NCBI GenBank assembly: GCA_963827475.1
Contig: CAWHAZ010000002.1
Span: 1-64,000, forward strand
DNA: 64,000 nt
Origin: an uncultured Chloroflexia bacterium
GTDB taxonomy: Bacteria > Chloroflexota > Limnocylindria > QHBO01
Direction: 5' to 3'
This document shows positions 41,966 to 52,289 of the stretch, one piece after another; within the stretch, counting starts at the first letter, position 1; the number at the start of each line of letters is the position of its first letter. A program made the position numbers and the translations under genes. Under the pieces are notes generated by a model, which saw nothing but the letters and a program-made list of their open reading frames with translations, ran no database searches and was not told where the DNA came from.

Positions 41966-42886
41966 TCATCGATCGAAGCCTAGCAGTCGGTCCGCGGCGC
42001 TGAACGGATCCTCTCGGTGCTCCGCGACGGCCGTCACGGCGTCCTCCCAGGCATCCGATGCGGCCGCCTGAGCCTGGGCGCGGGTGGCCAGGGCGCGGCG
42101 CAGGAGGGCCTTGGCGCGGTCGCGGGTTTGGGCCGGGGTCCGGGCGGCACGATGCGCGTCGATCGCGTCCCGCAGCGCCTCCACCCCTTCCCCGCTGGTC
42201 GCGGTCGTCATGAGCACCGGGGGCGCGGGTCGGGTCACCCGGCCGCCGGCGGTGGACAACATCGCCTTCAGCTGGCGGGCGGCGCGGTCGGCGCCGGGGC
42301 GGTCGCCCTTGTTCACGGCGATGATGTCCGCGATCTCCAGCAGCCCGGCCTTGATGGCCTGCACCTCATCCCCCATCTCCGGCACCTCGACCACGACCGT
42401 CGTCTCGGCCAGGGATGCGATCTCCACCTCCGACTGCCCCGCGCCGACGGTCTCGATCACGACCGGGTCGTAGCCGGCCGCGTCGAGGCCCGCGGCCGTC
42501 ATCCAGGTGGTGGCGGCCAGGCCGCCGAGCGCGCCCCGCGACGCCATGGAACGGACGAACACGCCCTCGTCCCCGGCGTGGTCCATCATCCGGATCCGGT
42601 CACCCATGATCGCGCCCCGGGTGAGCGGGGAGCTGGGGTCGACGGCGATGACCCCGACCCGCCGGCCCTGTCCCCGCCAGGACGTGATCAGGGCGCTGAC
42701 CAGGGTGGATTTGCCGCTCCCCGGCGGACCGGTGATCCCCACCAGGTGCGCGTCGCGACCGGCGGCGAACAGGGCGCCGCGATCTGCCACGTCCACCGCT
42801 TCGTCCTCGAGGTCGGTGAGCAGCCTCGCCAGCGCCCGCCGGTCGCCGGCCTGCGCGTCTCGCAGCCGCTCCGCCAGGTCAGGCAC
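41966..42886 (-). CDS. meaB: MeaB/ArgK B12-mutase-associated GTPase
   Basis: [43 protein letters not shown]. Confidence 0.93.
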   Translation of the reverse strand: MPDLAERLRDAQAGDRRALARLLTDLEDEAVDVADRGALFAAGRDAHLVGITGPPGSGKSTLVSALITSWRGQGRRVGVIAVDPSSPLTRGAIMGDRIRMMDHAGDEGVFVRSMASRGALGGLAATTWMTAAGLDAAGYDPVVIETVGAGQSEVEIASLAETTVVVEVPEMGDEVQAIKAGLLEIADIIAVNKGDRPGADRAARQLKAMLSTAGGRVTRPAPPVLMTTATSGEGVEALRDAIDAHRAARTPAQTRDRAKALLRRALATRAQAQAAASDAWEDAVTAVAEHREDPFSAADRLLGFDR

Positions 42887-43295
42887 GCCGCCGGGCGTGC
42901 TCCCGGAAGTAGGTCGCCACCTGCCCGATGGTCGTGCCCGGCCCGAAGACCTCCGCCACCCCGGCGGCCTTGAGCTTGGCGACGTCGGCGTCCGGGATGA
43001 TCCCGCCGGCCGCCACCAGGACGTCGTCCAGCCCCTTGGCCCGCACCAGCTCCACGATCCGCGGCAGCAGGGTCATGTGGGCGCCGGACAGGATCGAGAG
43101 GCCGACGACGTCCACGTCCTCCTGCTCCGCCGCGTCGGCGACCATCTCAGGCGTCTGGCGGAGCCCGGTGTAGATGACCTCGAACCCCTCGTCGCGCAGG
43201 CCGCGGGCGAGCACCTTGGCCCCGCGGTCGTGGCCGTCCAGGCCCGGCTTGGCCAGCAGGACGCGGATCGGCCGGGCGGAGGCGTCGGCGGTCAT
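42879..43295 (-). CDS. Cobalamin-binding small subunit of acyl-CoA mutase (IcmB-like)
   Basis: [10 protein letters not shown] (DxHxxG), [14 protein letters not shown]. Confidence 0.92.
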   Translation of the reverse strand: MTADASARPIRVLLAKPGLDGHDRGAKVLARGLRDEGFEVIYTGLRQTPEMVADAAEQEDVDVVGLSILSGAHMTLLPRIVELVRAKGLDDVLVAAGGIIPDADVAKLKAAGVAEVFGPGTTIGQVATYFREHARRRA

Positions 43296-43328
43296 CGGCA
43301 GCGCGCAGCGGTCATCGGCGCCGCGATT

Positions 43329-43634
43329 CTAGTCCGGCCACTCGTCCGGAACGAGCCCGTCGATGGCGCCCGCCATGTCTCGGTCGCGGAACGTGAGGCC
43401 GCCGGCGGCCTTGGTGGTGAGCCTGAACGTGACCCGCCGCCAGCGGATGTCGATGTCGGGGTGGTGATCGGCCGCCTCGGCGGCATCGGCCACCCGGTTC
43501 ACGAGTCGGATGGCGTCCATGAACGTGGGGCACCGGATCTCCCGAACCAGCTCCGCCCCCTCGCGGTGCCAGGCCGGTCGCTCCCCGAGTGCGGCGTCGA
43601 TCTCCGCCTCGGCCAGGAGCGGGGCGTACGGCAT
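43329..43634 (-). CDS. Pterin-4-alpha-carbinolamine dehydratase
   Basis: AEAADHHPDI, LTT..GGLT..D. Confidence 0.88.
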   Translation of the reverse strand: MPYAPLLAEAEIDAALGERPAWHREGAELVREIRCPTFMDAIRLVNRVADAAEAADHHPDIDIRWRRVTFRLTTKAAGGLTFRDRDMAGAIDGLVPDEWPD

Positions 43635-43638
43635 CGGT

Positions 43639-44220
43639 CTAGGTCTCGAAGGAGCGACCGATGAAGGCCAGGAACTCGGCGCGGGTCTTGGGATCGCGAC
43701 GGAACGTGCCGAGCATGGCGGAGGTGACCATCTGGGCGCCCGGTCGCCGCACGCCGCGCATGGCGGTACAGAGGTGGGTCGTCTGGAGGACGACGCCCAC
43801 GCCCTTTGGCTCCAGCCGGGTCATGAGGAAGTCGGCGATCTGCTGGGTCATCCGTTCCTGGACCTGCAACCGATGAGCGAACAGGTCGACCACCCGCGGG
43901 ATCTTCGACAGACCGATGACCTTGCCCCGCGGCAGGTATCCGACGTGCGCGTGGCCGAAGAACGGGACGAGGTGGTGCTCGCACAACGAGTAGAGCTCGA
44001 TGTCCCGCACGACGACCATCTCGTCGTATTCGACGTCGAACTGGGCGCCCTCCAGGATCGTGTCGGGGTCGACCCGGTAGCCGTCGGTGATCTGCTCGAA
44101 CATGCGCCGTACGCGAGCGGGAGTGGCCTCCAGCCCCTGGCGGTCGGGGTCCTCCCCAATGCCCTCCAGGATGGTGCGGACGGCCGCCTCGAACTGGCCC
44201 GGGTCCGGTTGGTCGCTCAT
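43639..44220 (-). CDS. folE: GTP cyclohydrolase I
   Basis: CEHHLVPF, GLSKI, RLQVQER, HLCTAMRG. Confidence 0.96.
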   Translation of the reverse strand: MSDQPDPGQFEAAVRTILEGIGEDPDRQGLEATPARVRRMFEQITDGYRVDPDTILEGAQFDVEYDEMVVVRDIELYSLCEHHLVPFFGHAHVGYLPRGKVIGLSKIPRVVDLFAHRLQVQERMTQQIADFLMTRLEPKGVGVVLQTTHLCTAMRGVRRPGAQMVTSAMLGTFRRDPKTRAEFLAFIGRSFET

Positions 44221-44231
44221 TGCCGCCGATG

Positions 44232-46541
44232 CTAGCAGCGCGCCGTGGCCGGCTCGTTCACGCGGTTCCGTCGATCACGGAACCGCGGCCACGCCACCCA
44301 TCCGATGCCGAAGGCCAGCGCGCCGACGCCAACGAGCGCACCGAGCCCGACCTCACGGGGGACGAGGGCAGCCTCGATCTCGTGCCTGCCCGCCGGAACC
44401 CGGACGATCTGCGACCCCCACGTCTCGTGGACGGTGACGGGCTGACCGTCCACGGTGACCTCCCAGCTAGGCCACCATGCCCGATCGATCAGGAACCAGC
44501 CCTCCGCCGGGGCGTCGATCGTCCAGTGGTCTCGGAGGGGCGACGATTCGGACCGCGTCGCCGGCACGGCGTCCTCGACGGCCTCGGCCAGGTCGAGGCG
44601 CACGCTGGGGAGCTCCCCGTCACCGTCGACGACCCCGGCGGCGGAGGAGGGCAGCCAGTACGGGGTGACGGCCGGGTCATCGGCCCGGCAGACGTATGCA
44701 TCGTTGTCCTCGACGTAGCTGGCTGGGCGGCCGTCGCACTCCTCGCCAAACCTCACCAGGACGTCGATCCCGAGCGCCCGGCGAAGAACCCCGTCTGGGT
44801 CGTTCCGCCGGAGGTTGATCACGGCCTGGTTCACGTGGCCAAGGTTGAGCGAGCTGAACATCTCGATGTCAGGAATGCCCGCCGCGGCGAGCCGGTTCGG
44901 GAAGGCGTCGCCTCCGGCGGGCCGGTCGATGGTCAGCACCCGATGCGGATGCTCCGCGGCAATCGCGACGGCGATCGGGGAATCCGCGAACGAGAAGGCG
45001 TCCTCGCCGCGGACCAGGTTCGCGGCAGGCATGAACAGGGCCAGGGGAGCCACGGCCAGCGCGACGGCGCCGATCACGGTGATCACGGATCGCGGGCGGA
45101 CGAGGAGCACCGCGGTGGCGAATCCGAGGGCGAGCTCCGCGACGAAGGGCCACGGGCTGACCAGTGCCTGGCGAGCGAGGCCGAGCGCAGCCGCGAGGGT
45201 TTCCTCGGTGGGCTCGTTCGAGGCGAAGGCATGGAGGGCGATGAAGATCGGTGGCGCGATGAACACCACCGCGGTCAAGAGCATGTAGGCGACGATCGGG
45301 ATCGTCATCGCCGCCAGCCCCCACACCACGCCCTTCGGGGTGCGACCCAGGCGGGAGACCCCGACCGCCGCCAGGATCGCCACCGCCAGGGAGAGGACGA
45401 GGTACGCACGGACCGGCGCGCGCAGCCCGTTGACGATGGGAATGTCCGTCCAGACGTCCGGCCGGAAGGCGGCGACGATCGCGACCAGGGCCGCGACCAC
45501 CGCGAGCCACAGCCAGCGACGGGCCCGGCGCGCCGGAACGGACAGCCCAGCCAGGGCGAGGACCGGGAGGCCGAGGTAGATCCCCGCCTCGAGGATCGGG
45601 AACCGGCCGTCCGGGAACCACGAGGTTCCGTAGTCCCACCCATCGGGCGTGGAGCGGAGGAACGTGTTCACGAATCCGACACTGACGAGGTCGAACGGCG
45701 TGGCCGTGTTGGTGAACAGGTCCTGAGCGTCAAGGCCCTCGGCGCGACCCGACAGCCGGCGGATCATCTCGGTCGGGATGAGCTGGAGCGCTCCGACCCC
45801 GACTCCGATCACGCCGAACACCACGACTCGACCCAGCGAGGCGAGCAACGGCCGCCTGACCAGCAGGAACGCGGCTGCTGCCCCGGTCAGGAGCCACGTG
45901 TTCGGGTGCCCGGTCAGCGCCTGCACCCCCCACAGGACGCCGGCGATGGCCACCTCCGCGCGGCGCGGCGCCCGACGCCCCACGAGCGGCAGGAGGACCC
46001 ACGGCATCCAGGCGTATGCCGCCACCACGTTCCACCATTCCAGCTTGGTGACGATGGCGCCGCTCATGACCACGATCAGTGCCGCCAACAGGGCGCCATA
46101 CCGCGAGCCCGACACGCGCAGGCCAATGAGGCCGGCGCCGACGCCGGCGAAGGTGAGATGACCAAGGCGCACCAGGTCGAGGGCGAGAAGCGGCTCGACC
46201 TGGAACGCGACCCAGTGCGGCGGGTAGAAGGCCCCGATCTGTCCCTCGGCGTACAGCGGGAAGCCGAGGCCCAGGTTGGCCTCCCACAGCGGCAGACGGC
46301 CGGCCGTCAGGGCCTCGTGGTAGAACAGCGCCATGGGGTAATGGATCTTCGGCAGGTCGAGGTTCCAGAGCCACCCGTCGGCGCCGAAGGTGATCCGGGC
46401 CGAGATCATCGCGCCCGCCGCGCTGACCGCGGCCAGCACCAGCACGATGAGGATGTCCGACCCATGCCGAGAAGCCCACGAGGCGGTGGATACGGGCGAC
46501 GCCTTCGATTGTGCGGAGCGGTTCACCCGGCGGTCGGACAC
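44232..46541 (-). CDS. YfhO-like GT-C membrane glycosyltransferase (start approximate)
   Basis: LPLWEANLGLGFPLYAE..GAFYP, YLGLP, LRAPVR, WWPSWEVTVDG, VPAGRHEI. Confidence 0.75.
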   Translation of the reverse strand: MSDRRVNRSAQSKASPVSTASWASRHGSDILIVLVLAAVSAAGAMISARITFGADGWLWNLDLPKIHYPMALFYHEALTAGRLPLWEANLGLGFPLYAEGQIGAFYPPHWVAFQVEPLLALDLVRLGHLTFAGVGAGLIGLRVSGSRYGALLAALIVVMSGAIVTKLEWWNVVAAYAWMPWVLLPLVGRRAPRRAEVAIAGVLWGVQALTGHPNTWLLTGAAAAFLLVRRPLLASLGRVVVFGVIGVGVGALQLIPTEMIRRLSGRAEGLDAQDLFTNTATPFDLVSVGFVNTFLRSTPDGWDYGTSWFPDGRFPILEAGIYLGLPVLALAGLSVPARRARRWLWLAVVAALVAIVAAFRPDVWTDIPIVNGLRAPVRAYLVLSLAVAILAAVGVSRLGRTPKGVVWGLAAMTIPIVAYMLLTAVVFIAPPIFIALHAFASNEPTEETLAAALGLARQALVSPWPFVAELALGFATAVLLVRPRSVITVIGAVALAVAPLALFMPAANLVRGEDAFSFADSPIAVAIAAEHPHRVLTIDRPAGGDAFPNRLAAAGIPDIEMFSSLNLGHVNQAVINLRRNDPDGVLRRALGIDVLVRFGEECDGRPASYVEDNDAYVCRADDPAVTPYWLPSSAAGVVDGDGELPSVRLDLAEAVEDAVPATRSESSPLRDHWTIDAPAEGWFLIDRAWWPSWEVTVDGQPVTVHETWGSQIVRVPAGRHEIEAALVPREVGLGALVGVGALAFGIGWVAWPRFRDRRNRVNEPATARC

Positions 46542-46581
46542 ATCGGTCTTCCTATCATCGTTCCGCAATCCCCGTGAGCGC

Positions 46582-48606
46582 GTGACCTTTCGGAATCCTG
46601 TAGCTCGATTCGTGGTGGTGGCTGCCGTGCTCGGCGCCGGCTTGGCCGCGGCCTGGTTCTGGCCGCCACTGGCGGTGGCCACCGTGTGGCCGCTGTTCCT
46701 CGTCGTGCCCGGCTGGGCGCTGGTGGCGTGGGGCACCCGCGCGGGAGCGCGGATCTCCTCGACCGGGCGGGCGGGGCTGGCGATCGTGCTGTCGGTGGCC
46801 GTCTCCGCCCACCTCGTGTGGTGGCTGGCGACCGTGTTCGGCGGCTATGGAAGGGAGGTCGTCTTCGCAGCCGCCGCCATCCTCGCGCTGCCCCTCCCGC
46901 TTGCGGTGGCGCGGCGGACGGGCCCAGCGGGCGGTGTCCTCGCGGCGTGGAGCTCGGTTGTCAGGGCCGTGCGGCGGCGGCCGGGCGCCTTTGCGCTGGC
47001 CCTGGGGGCCGTGGTCTGGGTCGGGGCGGTCCTCGTCCTCGGGCTGTGGCGGGTAGAGGAGACGGGGGTCTACGTCGGCGGCTCGAACTGGAGCGACATC
47101 GGCGTCCACCTGTCCATCGCGCAGTCGGTGAACGCGGGCAACTTCCCGCCGCAGGTGCCGTTCTACGCGGGCGAGCCCCTCGTGTACCACTGGTTCGCGG
47201 ACTTCCACGCAGCAATCCTGGCGGAGGCGGCCGGGCTGTTCGCGATCCCGGTCTTCATCGTCCATTCCGCCATCCTGGCGGGAGCCCTCGCCCTCGTCGT
47301 CCACGGTCTCGCCCTGTCCCTGTTCCGCGACCGATGGGCGGGCCGCGCGGCGTGGCTGGCGGTGTTTCTGGTGATCCTCGGCGGCGGGCTGGGCTGGATC
47401 CGGCTGGTCGGCGACCTGGCCAATGGCCTGGGCGGGGCGTGGGACCTGCTGCTCATCCACGCCTACGACAACGAGTGGCTGTCGGAATGGCCGTACTTCT
47501 CCATCCCCTCGGTCATGACCACCGGGCTCCTCGTCCACCGGGCCACGACCGCCGGCCTGCCGCTGCTGGTCGGCGCCGTGCTGCTGGCGGCGGCCGGCAT
47601 CCCGGCCGCCCGCCGCGCCGGGGCCGGGTCGCGGGACCGTCCCCGCCTCGTCGCCCTCTCGGGACTCGCCGGCGCCCTCCTTGCGCCGTTCCACTTCTTC
47701 TTCTTCCCGATCGTCCCACTCCTCGTCCTGGCCTGGGTCGCGCTCGGCCGCCGGCTGTTCACCCGCGCCGCCGCCCGACTCGCGCTCCTGTTCGCCGCGC
47801 CGTACCTGCTCGCGCTTCCCTTCGCGCTGGCTGCCGTCGGACAGGCCACGAATTCGGGATGGCTGCGGCCGGTGATCGCCTGGCAGACCGCGCCGGTGGC
47901 CGATGGGCCGCTGGCCGTCCTGTTCTTCTACCTCACCAACCTCGGCCTGCCGTTCATCCTCGCCATCGCGGCCCTGGTCCTGGTTCGGACGCCGGCGCGA
48001 GCGTTCCTCGCGGCCTGGATCGCGATCCTGTTCCTCATCCCGAACGTGGTCCAGGTCAGCTACGTGTCGTTCGACATGAACAAGTACTTCCAGGCGATGT
48101 GGATCGCGGTCGGCATTGCCGCCGGGACGCTGCTCGCCCGCTGGCCGGCGCCAATCGTCGTGCTGGTGGTGGCGGTCAGCGCCGTGTCTCCCGTCCTGTC
48201 ATCGGTCCATCACGCCTTCTCGCGCAACTTCCTGATGCGGACCGATGAGCTGGTCGCGGCGGAGTGGATCGCCGACCACACACCGCAGAGCTCGGTCTTC
48301 GTCACCGACGAGTGGATCATCTCGCCGACGGACCCGGCCGGGCGGCTCAGGCTCATGAGCTTTGCCCCGTACGTCGCCAACCTGGGCTACGACCCTTCCG
48401 CCCGACAGGCGCTCATCGCCGAGATCCGGTGTGGCGGGGACGCGGAGCGCTCGGCGCGGCTCATGGAGGAGCTGGGCGCGACGTACGTCTTCCCGACTGG
48501 CGGCGGAGGCTGCGCAGCGCCGGTCGATTTCGCCGGCAGCCCGCTCTTCGAGGCGGCGTACCGCGAGGGGAGCGTCGTGATCTACCGCCTATCATCGGCT
48601 CCATGA
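46582..48606 (+). CDS. Polytopic GT-C-like membrane protein (start approximate)
   Basis: WSDIGVHLSIA, FPPQVPFYAGEPLVYHWFAD, many TMs, C-terminal WIADHTP domain. Confidence 0.7.
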   Translation: MTFRNPVARFVVVAAVLGAGLAAAWFWPPLAVATVWPLFLVVPGWALVAWGTRAGARISSTGRAGLAIVLSVAVSAHLVWWLATVFGGYGREVVFAAAAILALPLPLAVARRTGPAGGVLAAWSSVVRAVRRRPGAFALALGAVVWVGAVLVLGLWRVEETGVYVGGSNWSDIGVHLSIAQSVNAGNFPPQVPFYAGEPLVYHWFADFHAAILAEAAGLFAIPVFIVHSAILAGALALVVHGLALSLFRDRWAGRAAWLAVFLVILGGGLGWIRLVGDLANGLGGAWDLLLIHAYDNEWLSEWPYFSIPSVMTTGLLVHRATTAGLPLLVGAVLLAAAGIPAARRAGAGSRDRPRLVALSGLAGALLAPFHFFFFPIVPLLVLAWVALGRRLFTRAAARLALLFAAPYLLALPFALAAVGQATNSGWLRPVIAWQTAPVADGPLAVLFFYLTNLGLPFILAIAALVLVRTPARAFLAAWIAILFLIPNVVQVSYVSFDMNKYFQAMWIAVGIAAGTLLARWPAPIVVLVVAVSAVSPVLSSVHHAFSRNFLMRTDELVAAEWIADHTPQSSVFVTDEWIISPTDPAGRLRLMSFAPYVANLGYDPSARQALIAEIRCGGDAERSARLMEELGATYVFPTGGGGCAAPVDFAGSPLFEAAYREGSVVIYRLSSAP

Positions 48607-49772
48607 CCGATCCGTCGCCCGCGGCGGCTCCCGCCGCCAGCGGCTCGGTGGTCGCTTTCGAGCACGTCACCAAGCGGTACGGCGACGGTCCGCCGGCCGT
48701 GACGGACCTGACCATGGAGATCGGCGCCGGGGAGGTCTGCGTGCTGGTCGGGCCGTCGGGCTGCGGCAAGACCACGACCATGAAGATGGTCAATCGGCTG
48801 GTAGAGCCGACGAGCGGCCGGGTCACCATCGACGGACAGGACGTGGCGAGCCTGCCGGCGGTCGAGCTGCGGCGCCGGATCGGGTACGTCATCCAGCAGG
48901 TCGGGCTGTTCCCCCATCTCACGGTCGCGGACAACGTGGCCGTCGTCCCCCGCCTGCTCGGATGGTCCGCGGCTCGGATCACCGAACGGGTGGAGGAGCT
49001 GCTCGAGCTGGTTGGCCTTGACGCGGCGACGCATCGCGGCCGCTATCCAGCAGCCCTCTCCGGCGGGGAGCGCCAACGGGTCGGGGTCGCGCGGGCGATG
49101 GCCGCCGACCCGACCGTGTTGCTCATGGACGAGCCGTTCGGGGCCGTGGACCCCATTCGCCGGGAGCGGCTGCAGAACGACCTCCTCCGTCTCCAGGCGC
49201 GGCTGCGCAGGACCATCGTGTTCGTGACTCACGACGTGGACGAGGCGATCAAGATGGCCGACCGCATCGCGATCCTCCAGGTCGGCGGGGTCCTCGCCCA
49301 GTACGACGCGCCGAACCGGTTGCTCGCCGCACCCGCCAGCGAGTTCGTCGAGCGGTTCGTGGGCGCCGACCGCGGGCTCAAACGCCTCTCCCTGGCCCGG
49401 GTCCGTGACCTCGAACTTTCGACGCCGGTCACCGCGACCGTCGGCGAGCCACGAGGCGCGGTGCGCGCGAGGATGACCGATGACGCCGGCTGGGTCCTGG
49501 TCACCGATGCCGACCGGCGGCCGCTGGGCTGGGCGGAGGCCTCGGCGCTGGCGGGCGACGGCGCGGTCACCGCCGACATGGCCGTCCCCGGTTCCGCGCT
49601 TCTCCAGCCGGAGTCGACCCTGCGCGACGCGCTGTCGGCGATGCTCGCGTCGTCCGCCCAGGTCGGGGTCGTGGTCGATGAGCGAGACGAGCTGCTGGGC
49701 GTCGTCAGCGTGTCGGCCATCTCGGCCACGCTCCAGGACGGCGCCGGCCCGGCGCTGGAGGATCGCGCGTGA
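48603..49772 (+). CDS. Osmoprotectant ABC transporter ATP-binding protein with CBS pair
   Basis: GPSGCGKTT, GYVIQQVGLFPH, LSGGE, MDEPFGAVD. Confidence 0.92.
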   Translation: MTDPSPAAAPAASGSVVAFEHVTKRYGDGPPAVTDLTMEIGAGEVCVLVGPSGCGKTTTMKMVNRLVEPTSGRVTIDGQDVASLPAVELRRRIGYVIQQVGLFPHLTVADNVAVVPRLLGWSAARITERVEELLELVGLDAATHRGRYPAALSGGERQRVGVARAMAADPTVLLMDEPFGAVDPIRRERLQNDLLRLQARLRRTIVFVTHDVDEAIKMADRIAILQVGGVLAQYDAPNRLLAAPASEFVERFVGADRGLKRLSLARVRDLELSTPVTATVGEPRGAVRARMTDDAGWVLVTDADRRPLGWAEASALAGDGAVTADMAVPGSALLQPESTLRDALSAMLASSAQVGVVVDERDELLGVVSVSAISATLQDGAGPALEDRA

Positions 49773-50437
49773 ACGACGAGCAGCCGTTCTTCCGGATCGA
49801 CTGGATCATCGACAACGCCGACGTGCTGGCCCAGGCCACCGTCGAGCACATCGCGCTCACCCTCATCGCGGTCGTTGGCGGGGTGCTGATCGCGTTCCCG
49901 GTCACGATCTTCATCCAGCGCCGGCGCCGGCTCATCGGTCCGGTCCTCGGCTTCACGGGGATCCTGTACGCCATCCCCAGCCTCGCCCTGTTCGCGGTCC
50001 TGATCCCGTTCACCGGCATCGGCCTGCTGACCGCGGAGATCGCGCTGATCAGCTACACGTTGCTGATCCTCATCCGGAACGGCGTGGCCGGCCTGGACGG
50101 CGTCGAGCCCGAGGTGGTGGAGGCTGCGACCGGGATGGGATTCAGCCGCCGGCAGCGCCTGTGGCGGGTCGAGATCCCGCTGGCCACGCCGGTGATGATC
50201 GCCGGCCTGCGGATCGCGGTGGTCACCACCATCGGCCTGGTGGCGGTGACCGCCCTCATCGGCCAGGGCGGACTTGGGTTCGTGATCATCACCCTGGGCA
50301 TCCGTCGCGCCTTCGAGACCGCGATTCTGGTCGGCGTGGCGCTGTCGGTCCTGCTCGCGGTGCTCGCCGACCGGGGCCTCGTCATCCTCGAACGGGCGCT
50401 GACCCCCTGGGCGCGCGCTCGGGCGAGGGCGGGCTGA
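49769..50437 (+). CDS. Osmoprotectant ABC permease
   Basis: YAIPSLALF, EAATGMG, VEIPLA. Confidence 0.9.
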   Translation: MNDEQPFFRIDWIIDNADVLAQATVEHIALTLIAVVGGVLIAFPVTIFIQRRRRLIGPVLGFTGILYAIPSLALFAVLIPFTGIGLLTAEIALISYTLLILIRNGVAGLDGVEPEVVEAATGMGFSRRQRLWRVEIPLATPVMIAGLRIAVVTTIGLVAVTALIGQGGLGFVIITLGIRRAFETAILVGVALSVLLAVLADRGLVILERALTPWARARARAG

Positions 50438-50440
50438 CCG

Positions 50441-51179
50441 ATGGAGATCTTCGGGGAGGTCATCGCCTGGCTCACCGATCCGGCGAACTGGACCGGTCCA
50501 AACGGGATCCCGACCCGAATGGAGGAGCACGTCCTGATGTCCGGCATCTCGCTCCTGATCGGGCTGGCCATCGCGCTGCCAGTCGGCCTGGCCATCGGTC
50601 ACACGGGCAGGTGGGCCGGCGGGGTGGTCGCCATCACCAACCTCGGCCGAGCGGTTCCCTCCGTCGGCATCCTCGGCATCGCCTTCACGCTCACGCTGCC
50701 GCTGGTCGCGGCGCTCGACCTGCGCAACATCGGGACGCCGGCGGCGGTGATCGCGCTCATTGCCCTTGCCATCCCGCCCATCGTGCTCAACGCCTACACC
50801 GGCATCCGCGACGTGGATCCGGACATGGTGGAGGCGGCCCGCGGCATGGGCATGCGCGAGCGACAGGTCCTCCGGCGCGTGGAGTGGCCGCTCGCCCTAC
50901 CCGTGATCCTGGCCGGTGTCCGGACCGCCTCGGTCCAGGTCATCGCCACCGCCACCCTGGGCGCCATCCTGTCGACGGGTGGGCTCGGCCGCTACATCGT
51001 CGACGGCTTCGCGCGGCAGGACTACCCGATGATGGTTGGCGGCGCGGTCCTGGTCATGATCCTCACCCTCACCAGCGAGGGACTGTTTCGCCCTCGCTCA
51101 GCGGTGGGCCGTCTCGCCGGGCCTCCGAGCCGCACGGGTGCCTCACGTTTCGGAACCGGCGCCAGGCTTCGGCCTCTAA
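50441..51179 (+). CDS. Osmoprotectant ABC permease (frameshift near 3' end)
   Basis: RAVPS, EAARGMGM, GGLGRYI. Confidence 0.88.
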
Positions 51180-51260
51180 CCAGCGTACCAGTTACGCTGG
51201 TAACTGCTAGACTCGTTCGGACGAGTCGCGCCCGCGGCTCCCAACCAGAGGAGGGACCCA

Positions 51261-52208
51261 ATGCGGAACCCCCGCATACTCGCTGCCGGGGCGGCTCTGG
51301 TGCTGCTGGTCAGCGCCTGTCAGCCGGGTGGCAGCGACAGCCCAAGCCCGAGTAGTCCGAGTTCCGGCGAACCTTCAACCGCCGCCGAACTCCCCACCGT
51401 AATCGTGGGGTCAGCCAACTTCGACGAATCGGCCATCGTGGCCGAGATGTACGCCCAGGTCCTCGAGGCCGAGGGGTTCACCGTCGAGCGCGAGCTGTTC
51501 CTGGGACCGCGCGAGACGACGCTTCCCGCCCTCGAGAGCGGCGAGCTGAACCTCATGCCGGAGTACCTTGGGGGACTGCTCAATGGTCTCGAAGGCACAC
51601 CAACCGCCGATTCGGCCGAGACCCACGAGGCATTGCTCACCGCCCTCGAGGAGCGCGGCCTGACCGCCTTCGAATACTCCCCCGGCGCGGACTCCGACGG
51701 TTGGGCCGTGCGGGCCGAGACCGCGGAGGAGTTTGGCCTCGAGACGGTCAGTGACCTCGCGGAGGTCGCCGACCAGCTGACCTGGGGCCTGCCCCCCGAG
51801 TGCGCGCCACGGCCGCAGTGCGGCGTCGGGCTGAATGACCTGTACGGGATCGACGTCAACACCCTGACCGTCGAGACCATCGACCCGTGCAGTCAAGGCA
51901 TGGTCGATGCCCTCGACCAGAGCGCCATCGAGGTGGGACGGGTGTGCACCACCCAGCCGCAGATCCAGCTGTACAACCTCGTCGTGCTGACCGATGACCA
52001 GGGCCTCGACCCGGCGCAGAACCTCGTGCCGGTGGCCACGGCGGACCTGGCGGAGGCCGGAGGCGACCTGCTGGCCTCCACGCTCAACGCGGTATCCGCC
52101 GAGCTGACGACCGCGGACCTCATCTCGCTGCAGGTTCTGGTCACCGTGGAACAGGGCGATCTCGAGGAGGTCGTGACCGAGTGGCTGGAGGACCACGGCC
52201 TGCTATAG
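51261..52208 (+). CDS. Glycine betaine/choline-type ABC substrate-binding lipoprotein
   Basis: Lipobox VSAC, VGSANFDES, PEYLG, PAQNLVP. Confidence 0.88.
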   Translation: MRNPRILAAGAALVLLVSACQPGGSDSPSPSSPSSGEPSTAAELPTVIVGSANFDESAIVAEMYAQVLEAEGFTVERELFLGPRETTLPALESGELNLMPEYLGGLLNGLEGTPTADSAETHEALLTALEERGLTAFEYSPGADSDGWAVRAETAEEFGLETVSDLAEVADQLTWGLPPECAPRPQCGVGLNDLYGIDVNTLTVETIDPCSQGMVDALDQSAIEVGRVCTTQPQIQLYNLVVLTDDQGLDPAQNLVPVATADLAEAGGDLLASTLNAVSAELTTADLISLQVLVTVEQGDLEEVVTEWLEDHGLL

Positions 52209-52236
52209 GCCCGACTGCTCAGTCTCCAGACCGATG

Positions 52237-52270
52237 GTGGCCGGCCGCGAGGCCGGCCACCGTATTCTTG
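52237..52270 (+). terminator. GNRA-capped hairpin after ABC operon
   Basis: GGTGGCCGGCC-GCGA-GGCCGGCCACC then GTATTCTT. Confidence 0.65.
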
Positions 52271-52289
52271 GGTCGATGAGCCAGGCCCC

